Below are positions 20,945 through 32,207 of a stretch of DNA of 36,691 bases, one piece after another. A program made the position numbers and the translations under genes. Numbering within the stretch: the first letter of the stretch is position 1; each line of letters starts with the position of its first letter. Source of the stretch: Macrostomum lignano. Its lineage: Eukaryota. Below the pieces are notes generated by a model. It saw only the letters and a program-made list of their open reading frames with translations. It had not been told where the DNA came from and ran no database searches. The stretch covers positions 1 to 36,691 of the forward strand of contig NIVC01004731.1 of assembly GCA_002269645.1 (NCBI GenBank). Direction: 5' to 3'.

Positions 20945-23418
20945 GTCTTCCTGTGCTTTGAGTCTCTTCCTGCCCTTTGAGTCTCTTCCTGTCCTTTGAG
21001 TCTCTTCCTGTCCTTTGAGTCTCTTCCTGTCCTTTGAGTCTCTTCCTGTCCTTTGAGTCTCTTCCTGTCCTTTGAGTCTCTTCCTGTCCTTTGAGTCTCT
21101 TCCTGTCCTTTGAGTCTCTTCCTGTCCTTTGAGTCTCTTCCTGTCCTTTGCGTCTTCCTGTCCTTTGCGTCTCTTCCTGTCCTTTGTGTCTTCCTGTCCT
21201 TTGAGTCTCTTCCTGCCCTTTGAGTCTCTTCCTGTCCTTTGAGTCTCTTCCTGTCCTTTGCGTCTCTTCCTGTCCTTTGAGTCTCTTCCTGTCCTTTGTG
21301 TCTTCCTGTCCTTTGCGTCTCTTCCTGTCCTTTGTGTCTTCCTGTCCTTTGAGTCTCTTCCTGCCCTTTGAGTCTCTTCCTGTCCTTTGAGTCTCTTCCT
21401 GTCCTTTGCGTCTCTTCCTGTCCTTTGAGTCTCTTCCTGTCCTTTGCGTCTCTTCCTGTCCTTTGAGTCTCTTCCTGTCCTTTGAATCTTCCTGTCCTTT
21501 GAGTCTCTTCCTGTCCTTTGTGTCTTCCTGTCCTTTGAGTCTCTTCCTGTCCTTTGCGTCTTCCTGTCCTTTGCGTCTCTTCCTGTCCTTTGAGTCTCTT
21601 CCTGTCCTTTGAATCTTCCTGTCCTTTGAGTCTCTTCCTGTCCTTTGTGTCTTCCTGTCCTTTGAGTCTCTTCCTGTCCTTTGCGTCTTCCTGTCCTTTG
21701 CGTCTCTTCCTGTCCTTTGTGTCTTCCTGTCCTTTGAGTCTCTTCCTGTCTTTTGAGTCTCTTCCTGTCCTTTGAGTCTCTTCCTGTCCTTTGAATCTTC
21801 CTGTCCTTTGAGTCTCTTCCTGTCCTTTGTGTCTTCCTGTCCTTTGAGTCTCTTCCTGTCCTTTGTGTCTTCCTGTCCTTTGCGTCTCTTCCTGTCCTTT
21901 GTGTCTTCCTGTCCTTTGAGTCTTCCTGTCCTTTGAGTCTCTTCCTGTCTTTTGAGTCTCTTCCTGTCCTTTGAGTCTCTTCCTGTCTTTTGAGTCTCTT
22001 CCTGTCCTTTGTGTCTTCCTGTCCTTTGAGTCTCTTCCTGTCTTTTGAGTCTCTTCCTGTCCTTTGAGTCTTCCTGTCCTTTGAGTCTCTTCCTGTCCTT
22101 TGAGTCTCTTCCTGTCCTTTGCGTCTCTTCCTGTCCTTTGAGTCTCTTCCTGTCCTTTGCGTCTTCCTGTCCTTTGAGTCTCTTCCTGCCCTTTGAGTCT
22201 CTTCCTGTCCTTTGCGTCTTCCTGTCCTTTGAGTCTCTTCCTGTCTTTTGAGTCTCTTCCTGTCCTTTGTGTCTTCCTGTCCTTTGAGTCTCTTCCTGTC
22301 TTTTGAGTCTCTTCCTGTCCTTTGTGTCTTCCTGTCCTTTGAGTCTCTTCCTGTCTTTTGAGTCTCTTCCTGTCCTTTGCGTCTCTTCCTGTCCTTTGTG
22401 TCTTCCTGTCCTTTGAGTCTTCCTGTCCTTTGAGTCTCTTCCTGTCTTTTGAGTCTCTTCCTGTCCTTTGCGTCTCTTCCTGTCCTTTGTGTCTTCCTGT
22501 CCTTTGAGTCTCTTCCTGTCCTTTGAGTCTCTTCCTGTCTTTTGAGTCTCTTCCTGTCCTTTGCGTCTCTTCCTGTCTTTTGAGTCTCTTCCTGTCCTTT
22601 GAATCTTCCTGTCCTTTGAGTCTCTTCCTGTCCTTTGTGTCTTCCTGTCCTTTGAGTCTCTTCCTGTCTTTTGAGTCTCTTCCTGTCCTTTGCGTCTCTT
22701 CCTGTCCTTTGTGTCTTCCTGTCCTTTGAGTCTTCCTGTCCTTTGAGTCTCTTCCTGTCTTTTGAGTCTCTTCCTGTCCTTTGCGTCTCTTCCTGTCCTT
22801 TGTGTCTTCCTGTCCTTTGAGTCTCTTCCTGTCCTTTGAGTCTCTTCCTGTCTTTTGAGTCTCTTCCTGTCCTTTGCGTCTCTTCCTGTCTTTTGAGTCT
22901 CTTCCTGTCCTTTGAATCTTCCTGTCCTTTGAGTCTCTTCCTGTCCTTTGTGTCTTCCTGTCCTTTGAGTCTCTTCCTGTCTTTTGAGTCTCTTCCTGTC
23001 CTTTGCGTCTCTTCCTGTCCTTTGTGTCTTCCTGTCCTTTGAGTCTTCCTGTCCTTTGAGTCTCTTCCTGTCTTTTGAGTCTCTTCCTGTCCTTTGAGTC
23101 TCTTCCTGTCCTTTGAATCTTCCTGTCCTTTGAGTCTCTTCCTGTCCTTTGTGTCTTCCTGTCCTTTGAGTCTCTTCCTGTCTTTTGAGTCTCTTCCTGT
23201 CCTTTGCGTCTCTTCCTGTCCTTTGTGTCTTCCTGTCCTTTGAGTCTTCCTGTCTTTTGAGTCTCTTCCTGTCCTTTGAGTCTCTTCCTGTCTTTTGAGT
23301 CTCTTCCTGTCCTTTGTGTCTTCCTGTCCTTTGAGTCTCTTCCTGTCTTTTGAGTCTCTTCCTGTCCTTTGAGTCTTCCTGTCCTTTTAGTCTTCCTGTC
23401 CTTTGAGTCTTCCTGTCC
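20945..23418. repeat. 19/17-bp minisatellite (gagtc(tc)ttcctgtccttt with gcgtc/gtgtc/gaatc variants), ~130 copies, ~2.5 kb
   Basis: Directly visible. The 19-aa periodicity of the 928-aa minus-strand ORF equals 3 x 19 bp. Confidence 0.97.
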
Positions 23419-23616
23419 TTGGCGTTTGCATCCCTTCGCTGTAAATGGGCAGCAATTGCAGTGCTAAAAATGCATTCAGCTGACTCTCCGTCTCGCACCC
23501 CCGCAGCGCGAGCCCACACTGACCAGTTCAGCCTCGGCCTTGAGCAAGCAGCTCCTCCCAGTCGCCCAGTGATTCGCTTGGCAGCATGCCAGCAGCCGCA
23601 GCGGAACTCGGCCAAG

Positions 23617-26506
23617 ATGTCCGACAGCACTTCTGACTTGCAACTTCAGCGGTCGCCGCAGCCGCAGCCTCACAAATCGTCGGCTGAAAACGGCAACGGC
23701 GGCGGCGGTTCGATCAAATCCGACCTATCGGCGGTGTCGGCGGCAACATCAAAGGCGCTGGAAGACCAGCTGGCAGATTTGAATGGCGCAGTTGAATCGC
23801 TGGAGGCCAGCTTCGTGCAGCAGAGTCCGGTTGGCGCTGCTCCCGCCGCTGCACCGTCAGCTGCGGAGTCGGGCGGCGGGAGCCCCCTGTCCCGGGTGCA
23901 GGCGCTGTTCTCCCAGCGAGCGTCCGTCAAGAAGCAGCAGCAGCAGCAGGAGCCGCAAGCGACCCCAAGCCGCAGGACAATGACTCGGCGGAGCAGCAGC
24001 AAGTTCGCGAGCTGCAGTCGGAGCGCCAGCGGCTGCAGGGCCAGCTGCAGTCGGTGCAAACTCTGCTGCAGAATTGCCAACGTCAGCTGGAGCAGAAGAC
24101 GGCCGAGGCGGCCCGGCTGATGCGTTCTGAGCACGAGGCTGGCCAGCTGCGGCTGAAGTGCACGCAGCTGCAGCGCCAGCTGGCCGACATGTCCGACCTG
24201 GCCTCCGAGCGGGATCAGCTGGCCCAGATGACGGAGAGTCTGGAGGCGGCGCTCACTCCCATGAAGGAGCGCGCCGACGCGGCCAACGCTGAGGCGCGCG
24301 AGCTGCGCCAACAGGTGCAGAGCAGCTCAGCCGAGCTGAAAGCAGCGGCGCAGCTCGAGGCGCAGCTGCGAGCCGAGCTGGCAGCATCCGGCGATGAGGC
24401 CAGGCAGCTGGGCGACCGGCTCGAGCGTGCCGAAGCGGACGTGGCGTCATTGGCGGAGCAGCTTGGCCAGGAGCGCGCCGCCCGTCAGCAGCTGGCTGAT
24501 CAGCTGGCTGAACTTAAGGAGGCCGCGGATGCTGATCAGTCCAAGGATGCAGAAATTGCCGACCTGGCCGCTCAGCTGGATTCGCTCCGGCAGGCCCTGG
24601 CCGAGAGAGTTGCCCAGGCTGATGCCGCTGAGGCTGAGCGATCTGCACTGAGTCTGCAGGTTGAGCAGCTGACCGAGCAGTTGAACGCGAAGTCCACAGA
24701 GCTGCAAAATCTGGTCGACTCATCTGGCAAGGATGCTGAAATAGCTCGATTGGTTAATCAGATTGATGAAGAGCGGCGTCTGAGACAGGAGGAGGTCGCC
24801 AGTTTTGAGTCCAATTCGGGTGTCATCGTTGAGCTCAGGCAGCAAGTTGAGCAGTATGTGAAAGAGCTGGAAGAGCTGAGAAAACAGTTGGCCACAAAAA
24901 ATGCGGAAGTTGAGACTTTGCACCAGTCCCAGAGTTCTGCTGCTCAGGCGGAAGCTGAAGCAGTTTCCCAGATTAAAAACCAGATGGACCAGTTGATGAA
25001 GGAGCTGCAGGCAGCTGGGGAGCAAGTGCGCACTCAAGAATCGCAAATCACCTCATTGACAGAGCAGCTCGCAAGCAAAGACTCGGAGATTGAAACGTTG
25101 CGTCAATCGCGAAGTGCCGCCGATCAGTCAGAATCAGAGACTGTTGCCCGGCTTCAGAAGCAGATCGACGAGTTGATGGAGAGCTGCAGGCAGCTGGGGA
25201 GCAGGTGCGCACTCAAGAATCGCAAGTTACCGCATTGACAGAGCAGCTCGCTGACAAAGAGGCACAGATCTTGGAATTGCGGCAGTCTGAAACTGAGAAA
25301 GTTTCCCGATTGCAAACGCAGGTTGACGAGTTACTAAAGGAACTACAGGTAGTTGGAGAACAGGCCAGAGCTCACAGCTCGCAAGTTGACTCCTTGAATG
25401 AACAGCTTGCAAGCAAAGACGCAGAGATTGAGAGACTGCACCAGTTGCAAAGCGCTTCTGCTGAATCCGAATCTGAGTCTGTATCCCAGCTACATGAGCA
25501 GATTAACAAGTTGATGAAGGAACTGCAGGTTGCCGAGGAGCAGGCGCAGACTCACAAATCGCAAATTGATTCCTTAACAGAGCAGCTCGCTGGCAAGGAG
25601 GCAGAGATGACGGCGTTGCAGCAGTCTGACACCGAAGCAGTTTCCCAGTTGGAGCAGAGGATTGGCGAACTCAACAAGGAGCTCAAAAGCTACTCGGCTC
25701 AGTCAGAGTCGCTAACGAGCCAGCTGGCGGTCAAAGACGCAGAGATTGCGTCGTTACGTCAGTCGCTGAATGACAATGCAGCTCCGGCAGCGGCGGCAGC
25801 GGCGGAGCAGAGCCGCCTGTTGGCCGCCCGGGAGCAGCAGATTCTGGAACTGAAGACGCAGCAGTTGAGCCTGCAGGAGCGCGAGGCCGAGCTGACCGCG
25901 CAGGCTGAGCAGCAGCAGCAGGAGTTGCGCAATCAGTACCAGACTCTGGTTCAGAATTACACGGTGGCTTATCAGCAGAACGGGCAGCTGAGGCAGCGCC
26001 TGAGTGAACTGGAGCAGCGCCTGCAGCAGCAGAGCGGCCTGGCTGAGCTGGCCGAACGGAGCGAACTTTTGCGGGCCGAGTCCGCCCAGCTGAAGTCGCT
26101 GATGCGCGAGGCGGAGGCTGAGAAGGCGGCCCAACGGACTCAGCTGCAGCAGCGAGCTGTCGAGGTGGCCAACCTGCAGGCCGAGCTTGACGAGCTGCGC
26201 AAGCAGTTGCAGCAGCGGCAGCAGCAGCACCAGCAGCAGAGGGAAGCAACGGCCAACGACTCTGGGTCATCCGAGCGGCTCCGTCAAGAGGTGGAGCGTC
26301 TTCGGCGTCACCTGATGGAAGTTGAGGAGAGCTACACGGCGGAGCTGCTGGCGGCGGAGTCCGCTCAGCAGGAGCTGAAGTCCCGCCTGCAGCAGCTGGA
26401 AGCCACGGCTGGCAGCGCCGACTCCACTGGGCAGCAGGTGCACACGCTGCAGATGTACCTCAGTGCTGTGCGGGACGAGCGGGACAGGGCGCTGGCTCAG
26501 GTCAAG
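23617..26506 (+). CDS. TRIP11: TRIP11/GMAP-210-like golgin, exon 1 of 2 (long coiled coil); two apparent 1-nt deletions (~23880-23975 and ~25183); start could also be the in-frame ATG at 23470
   Basis: Long heptad-rich coiled coil. EVERLRRHLMEVEESYTAELLAAE and QVHTLQMYLSAVRDERD match TRIP11 [24 protein letters not shown] and QVSSLQEQL...QRDE. Donor AAG|GTGAGT at 26507. Restoring 2 nt makes the exon length divisible by 3. Confidence 0.82.
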
Positions 26507-27239
26507 GTGAGTCAGCGTACTATTTACCTGTCTACCAGGGATTGTGGGAACAGGTGCAAAGAATACAACCGTCTCCCTAGTGAAAATAGGGGATGGGGTC
26601 ATATGGCGCGCAAAGAATCTGGCCTAGTGTGCCAAATTAGCAGTAAGATATTGCAGCCAGTGTAACGCATGAAGCCAACGCAATAGTGGGTTTGTATTGT
26701 GCGCAACGCAACGCAAACTTGGCCAAATATCAATCAGTTAACACCTGCGCACTCAAATGTACACATTTAAAGATAAGGATAGAAGGCGCGCATTGAACAA
26801 CAGCATCTTCACAGAGACTTACGAACTGTAGTGCTGGCAAGCTAAGGAGACAGTAAAGTCAGTCAGTGTCCAGAATCTGGGGCTCTTGCGCCTCCCATGG
26901 CAAAAATTTTTCCGTGTTGCCTCCCCTCTTCCCACCTACTTGTCAGGCCTGCCTACCCAACTGCCGCTCTTTCCCCGCCATTTCGTTGATCTTTTACGCA
27001 GGTTGTCGGAATTTTTCGGATAACTTTTTCAGTGTCAAAAAGTCTGAAAACTTTATTTTACTTGTGTCAAAAAGTCTGAAAACTTTATTTTACTTGGTCG
27101 GCCTGTGCCAGTAGAACTTTGATTAACTCTTCGGTGTAGTCCGGCAAAATTTGGCTTTGGGTTTCTGAGGTAGTGTCAGCTAGAGTCGGTTTTGTCCGAT
27201 TTTTGTCCAAGACGCTTGTTGGAGAAGTTCAATATTTCT

Positions 27240-27309
27240 GGCTACCTACCTGTCTACCTAATCATCTGGCTACCTATCTACCTAATTACCTACTCACCTA
27301 CCCCCCTAC
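27240..27309. repeat. Degenerate (CCTA)n microsatellite, left flank of the foldback (continues at 28031-28235)
   Basis: ctacctacctgtctaccta... lies left and acctaccttatctgcctacctacc... lies right of the element, in the same orientation. Confidence 0.8.
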
Positions 27310-28030
27310 GGGGGGGTTTCACAAACTCGAAATTTCACAACGTCGAAAGCACCTTCTTTCACAAGGTCGAAATTTCACAAGGTCGAAATTTCATAACATC
27401 GAAAACTCAAATAGCAGCCACTTTCACAAGGTCGAAACTTCACAAGGTCGAAATTTCACAACATCGAAAACTTTAGCAAAGGACTTCATAAGGTCGAAAA
27501 TTCACAAGGTCGAAATTTCACAACATCGAAAACTCGAAAAGCAGCCACTTTCATAAGGTAGAAATTTCACAAGGTCGAAATTTCACAACATCGAAAACTT
27601 TAGCAAGAGACTTCATAAGGTCGAAATTTCACAACGTAGAAAACTACTGTATGGTTCTTGATAGCTTGATAGATAAAATTTTCGACTTTGTGAAATTTCG
27701 AGCTTATGAAGTTTCGACCTTGTGAAAGTGGCTGCACTTGAGTTTTCGATGTTATGAAATTTCGACCTTGTGAAATTTCGACCTTATGAAATCTCTTGCT
27801 AGATTTTTCGATGTTGTGAAATTTCGACCTTGTGAAGTTTCGACCTTGTGAAAGTGGCTGCTATTTGAGTTTTCGATGTTGTGAAATTTCGACCTTATGA
27901 AATTTCGACCTTATGAAGTCTCTTGCTAAAGTTTTCGATGTTGTGAAATTTCGACCTTGTGAAGTTTCGACCTTGTGAAATAATTTACTTTTCGACGTTG
28001 TGAAATTTCGACCTTGTGAAAGCACCCCCC
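27310..28030. mobile_element. Foldback-type non-autonomous element (~720 bp): long inverted arms built from 16-bp subrepeats, in the TRIP11 intron
   Basis: The left arm 27310-27643 repeats tttcacaaggtcgaaa and the right arm 27679-28030 repeats tttcgaccttgtgaaa. Termini are GGGGGG...CCCCCC, and the interspersed linkers are also mirrored. Unique spacer of about 35 bp. Confidence 0.85.
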
Positions 28031-28250
28031 ACCTACCTTATCTGCCTACCTACCTACCCACCTACTAACTGATTTAGCTACATATCTACCTACTTATCTA
28101 CCTACTTATCTGCCTACTTACCTACCCACCTACCAACTGATTTAGCTACATATCTACCTACTTATCTACCTACTTACCTACCCATCTACCTACCTACCTA
28201 CCTACCCACCTACCCACCTATCTACCCACCTACCATTGCTCAACCCGCAG

Positions 28251-29066
28251 TCGCTGGCTCGCGAACTGGACGACAGCCGGCGCTCAGCCGCCAACCTGCA
28301 GATGGTGCTGGACAAGTTCCAGAATCCCGGCGCCGCAGCATCTTCATCCGCACTCGATCAGTCCGCCGCGGCGGCGCCTGCCGCTTCCACGCGCAACGAC
28401 GAAATCCGCGCCTACCGCGACCGCGCCGCCCGCGCCGAGGCCGAGCGGCTGCGTCTGGCGCGCGAGCTGGAGGCCTGCCGGGCGCAGCTGGCCGAGTCTG
28501 CCGAGGCCGTGGCCGCCGCTGGCCGACTCGCCGCCGCCGCCGACACTCACGACGACGAGCGGGCGAAGCTGCTGGCCGACGCGGCCGCTGCCCGCGAGGA
28601 GGCCGCCGCCGCTGCCGAGGAGATCCGGGCGCTGAAGGCCGGCAGCGTGGAGAAGCCGCTGATCCGCAGCCTGGTGCTCGCCTGCGTGCACGCGCCCCCT
28701 GCCAAGCGGCTGGAGGCCCTGCAGGTCATGGCGCACTGTCTGGGTGTCAGCGACGCCGACCTCGCCTCAGCCAGCGGAGGCGGCGTCGTCGGGGGCCCCA
28801 GCGCCGTGTCGGGTGTCTCCGCAGCGGACGCGGCCGCCGCAGCCGCCAAGAAATCTTTGGGCGAGGAGTTCGTCAAATTCCTGCAGCGAGAGTCCGCGCC
28901 CAAGAAGGTGCTGCCGCTGCCGCTGCCCGCGCCTGAGGAGACCGCGGCCGCTGCGGCCAGGTCCCGGTCCCGATCGCCCTCCGGCGTCTTCCAGGACCCC
29001 CAGCTACCGCAGTCAACGCAGCCGCATTCTGTGCCAATCCAGCTACTCAACCTCAGCCTACCCTAG
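28251..29066 (+). CDS. TRIP11: TRIP11 exon 2 with the GRAB domain (total ~1235 aa from ATG 23617)
   Basis: AANLQMVLDKFQ, EKPLIRSLVLACVHAPPAKRLEALQVMAHCLG and SLGEEFVKFLQRES match TRIP11 [44 protein letters not shown] and FSELFVKFLETES. Stop TAG 29064-29066. Confidence 0.88.
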   Translation, partial: SLARELDDSRRSAANLQMVLDKFQNPGAAASSSALDQSAAAAPAASTRNDEIRAYRDRAARAEAERLRLARELEACRAQLAESAEAVAAAGRLAAAADTHDDERAKLLADAAAAREEAAAAAEEIRALKAGSVEKPLIRSLVLACVHAPPAKRLEALQVMAHCLGVSDADLASASGGGVVGGPSAVSGVSAADAAAAAAKKSLGEEFVKFLQRESAPKKVLPLPLPAPEETAAAAARSRSRSPSGVFQDPQLPQSTQPHSVPIQLLNLSLP

Positions 29067-29069
29067 CGC

Positions 29070-30135
29070 CTCCCCGCCTCTCCCTGCCCGCCTCTCCCTA
29101 TCTGCTGTCCGCCTCTCCCTATCTGCTCTCCGCCTCTCCCTATCTGCTCTCTGCCTCTCCCTATCTGCTCTCTGCCTCTCCCTATCTGCTCTCTGCCTCT
29201 CCCTATCTGCTCTCTGCCTCTCCCTATCTGCTCTCTGCCTCTCCCTATCTGCTCTCTGCCTCTCCCTATCTGCTCTCTGCCTTTCCCTATCTGCTCTCTG
29301 CCTCTCCCTATCTGCTCTCTGCCTCTCCCTATCTGCTCTCTGCCTCTCCCTGCCCGCCTCTCCCTATCTGCTCTCCGCCTCTCCCTGCCCGCCTCTCCCT
29401 GCCCGCCTCTCCCTGCCCGCCTCTCCCTGCCCGCCTCTCCCTATCTGCTCTCTGCCTCTCCCTGCCCGCCTCTCCCTATCTGCTCTCTGCCTCTCCCTAT
29501 CTGCTCTCCGCCTCTCCCTGCCCGCCTCTCCCTATCTGCTCTCCGCCTCTCCCTGCCCGCCTCTCCCTATCTGCTCTCCGCCTCTCCCTGCCCGCCTCTC
29601 CCTGCCCGACTCTCCCTATCTGCTCTCCGCCTCTCCCTGCCCGCCTTTCCCTATCTGCTCTCCGCCTCTCCCTGCCCGCCTCTCCCTATCTGCTCTCCGC
29701 CTCTCCCTGCCCGCCTCTCCCTATCTGCTCCCCGCCTCTCCCTGCCCGCCTCTCCCTATCTGCTCTCCGCCTCTCCCTGCCCGCCTCTCCCTGCCCGCCT
29801 CTCCCTATCTGCTCCCCGCCTCTCCCTGCCCGCCTCTCCCTATCTGCTCCCCGCCTCTCCCTGCCCGCCTCTCCCTATCTGCTCTCCGCCTCTCCATGCC
29901 CGCCTCTCCCTATCTGCTCTCCGCCTCTCCATGCCCGCCTCTCCCTATCTGCTCCCCGCCTCTCCCTGCCCGCCTCTCCCTATCTGCTCTCCGCCTCTCC
30001 CTGCCCGCTCCCCGCCTCTCCCTGCCCGCTCCCCGCCTCTCCCTGCCCGCTCCCCGCCTCTCCCTGCCCGCTCCCCGCCTCTCCCTGCCCGCTCCCCGCC
30101 TCTCCCTGCCCGCTCCCCGCCTCTCCCTACCCCCT
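29070..30135. repeat. Pyrimidine-rich compound minisatellite (21-bp gcctctccctatctgctctc(t/c) plus 14-bp gcctctccctgccc), starting right after the TRIP11 stop
   Basis: Directly visible. Unit composition changes along the array. Confidence 0.95.
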
Positions 30136-30781
30136 CCCTGGCCGCTCCTACTCCCTCCGCTATTAACAATCCCAGTAGTCTCCTGTGTCCGTTTGTCACC
30201 GGCTGTGTCAAGACTGTCAATTGCTTACCGCCTGTTTCATTATTGCAGTTCGGAATTTGCCGCCTATGCTTGATATTCTACTCAAAACTTGCTCTGCCGC
30301 TAGTGATAATTGTGGCACGACATATCGGTAGCCCTAAACTGGTCAATCAATATAATCAGCATGGTTTTGGGTTCCCATCGAGTCTGCAGATTGCGTGCCA
30401 TTATAAATGTACGGTGTTGTCGATCGCTCATTTCCATTGCATCATTGCTGTTACCTGAATCTATCGAACAAAACCATTAAATGCTCATGGCATTGAACCG
30501 TGTTGGATATTCAATGCTTGGCGCGTATAGAAACTTGTGTACTTGCTGTTTGTTCTGTTTTCTCTGTTGATGCACAATGGAACATTGGATTAAATATTGG
30601 TACATTATGTAAATACAGGTGTACTGCCAGACTCCCGCCCCTGGTTCTGAGTCCCCAATTCATTTCTGATTTTGTCTGACCGCTTTGCCTGCTGGGTGCA
30701 CATTTTCTGGCCTGGCCTCCGTGTTTCTGTTTTACGGGACACTGGGTGGGAGCAAATGCTTGGGCGGCTGTGAGAGTCAGG

Positions 30782-31500
30782 GGTGGCAGTGAGAGGGAGA
30801 GGCTGGCAGTGAGAGGGAGAGGCTGGCAGTGAGATAGAGGGGCTGGCAGTGAGATAGAGGGGCTGGCAGTGAGAGAGAGAGAGAGGCTGGTAGTGAGATA
30901 GAGAGGCTGGAAGTGAGAGGGAGAGGTTGGCAGAGAGAGGGAGAGATTGGCAGTGAGATAGAGGGGCTGGCAGTGAGATAGAGGGGCTGGCAGTGAGATA
31001 GAGGGGCTGGCAGTGAGAGGGAGAGATTGGCAGTGAGATAGAGGGGCTGGCAGTGAGATAGAGGGGCTGGCAGTGAGAGAGAGGCTGGCAGTGAGATAGA
31101 GGCGCTGGCAGTGAGAGGGAGAGGCTGGCAGTGAGATAGAGGGGCTGGCAGTGAGATAGAGGGGCTGGCAGTGAGAGAGAGAGAGGCTGGCAGTGAGATA
31201 GAGAGGCTGGAAGTGAGAGGGAGAGGTTGGCAGTGAGAGGGAGAGATTGGCAGTGAGATAGAGGGGCTGGCAGTGAGAGGGAGAGGCTGGCAGTGAGATA
31301 GAGGGGCTGGCAGTGAGAGAGAGAGGCTGGCAGTGAGATAGAGGGGCTGGCAGTGAGAGGGAGAGGTTGGCAGAGAGAGGGAGAGATTGGCAGTGAGATA
31401 GAGGGGCTGGCAGTGAGATAGAGGGGCTGGCAGTGAGATAGAGGGGCTGGCAGTGAGAGGGAGAGGCTGGAACTGAGAGAGGGAGGCCGGCAGTGAGAGG
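30782..31500. repeat. 20-bp purine-rich minisatellite (ggctggcagtgaga(g/t)a/ggaga/gg), ~35 copies
   Basis: Directly visible. Confidence 0.95.
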
Positions 31501-32207
31501 GACAGAATGATAGCAGCTATTGCTAGTAATCTGTAAGCGCAGAGTGAGGCTGAAGGGCAGTCGTGGCCATTGTAAGACAACTGACGGCGCACTGCAGATA
31601 GTGTAGAACACAACGGGAACAAAAGTACATTCACATGCCAACAGAGACCTGAGAAAGTCCAGTGGGCTGTCGATTTGAGTTGCTAGTGGCTTTAGGATCC
31701 ACTCTGCTGGCAAGAGCGGGTTGTACTGGGTGCATTTACATGTGTATTTATCATTGTTTATGATGGCTACTCACTGGAGCCAGGTGCGGTCGTGTGGATC
31801 AAAAGTACATCAGGTCAGTCTGTAAAAGTCTAGGAATGTAGCCGCAGTTGTGGGTACAAGAGCTGTCTGGCTTTCCTGCTGCAGAGCAGAAGTTACAAGA
31901 TAGGGGCAAGAGAAAAAATGAATAAATAGAATACGCAAAGGCTTATAGTGGCAAGTACATGTTATATATTATACTAAGAATCTACTACAGGTTGTCATGG
32001 CAGTCACACTAGTATCGCAAGAGCAGAGGAAAAACTGAAACAGTTCTATCTGATAATAATCGAGTATTATGTGTACAGCAGCTCAGTGGGTGAATTGTTG
32101 TTAAACATCGTTACAGATCGATACAGCGGTCAGGTCGATACATTGAATGAAATTTGCACAGCAAAAAAGAATTTGTTGAACGGGGACATCTGCAGTACTG
32201 CGGGCCT

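Noticed and set aside
20844-23630. 928-aa minus-strand ORF (KGQEETQRTGRDSKDRKRL repeats)
   Set aside because: It is the translation of a 19/17-bp minisatellite whose purine-rich strand lacks stops. It has no domain and overlaps the TRIP11 5' end in antisense.
27032-27095. Exact 32-bp tandem duplication (gtgtcaaaaagtctgaaaactttattttactt x2) in the TRIP11 intron
   Set aside because: Real but an ordinary local duplication. At most it illustrates a two-copy seed stage of array formation.
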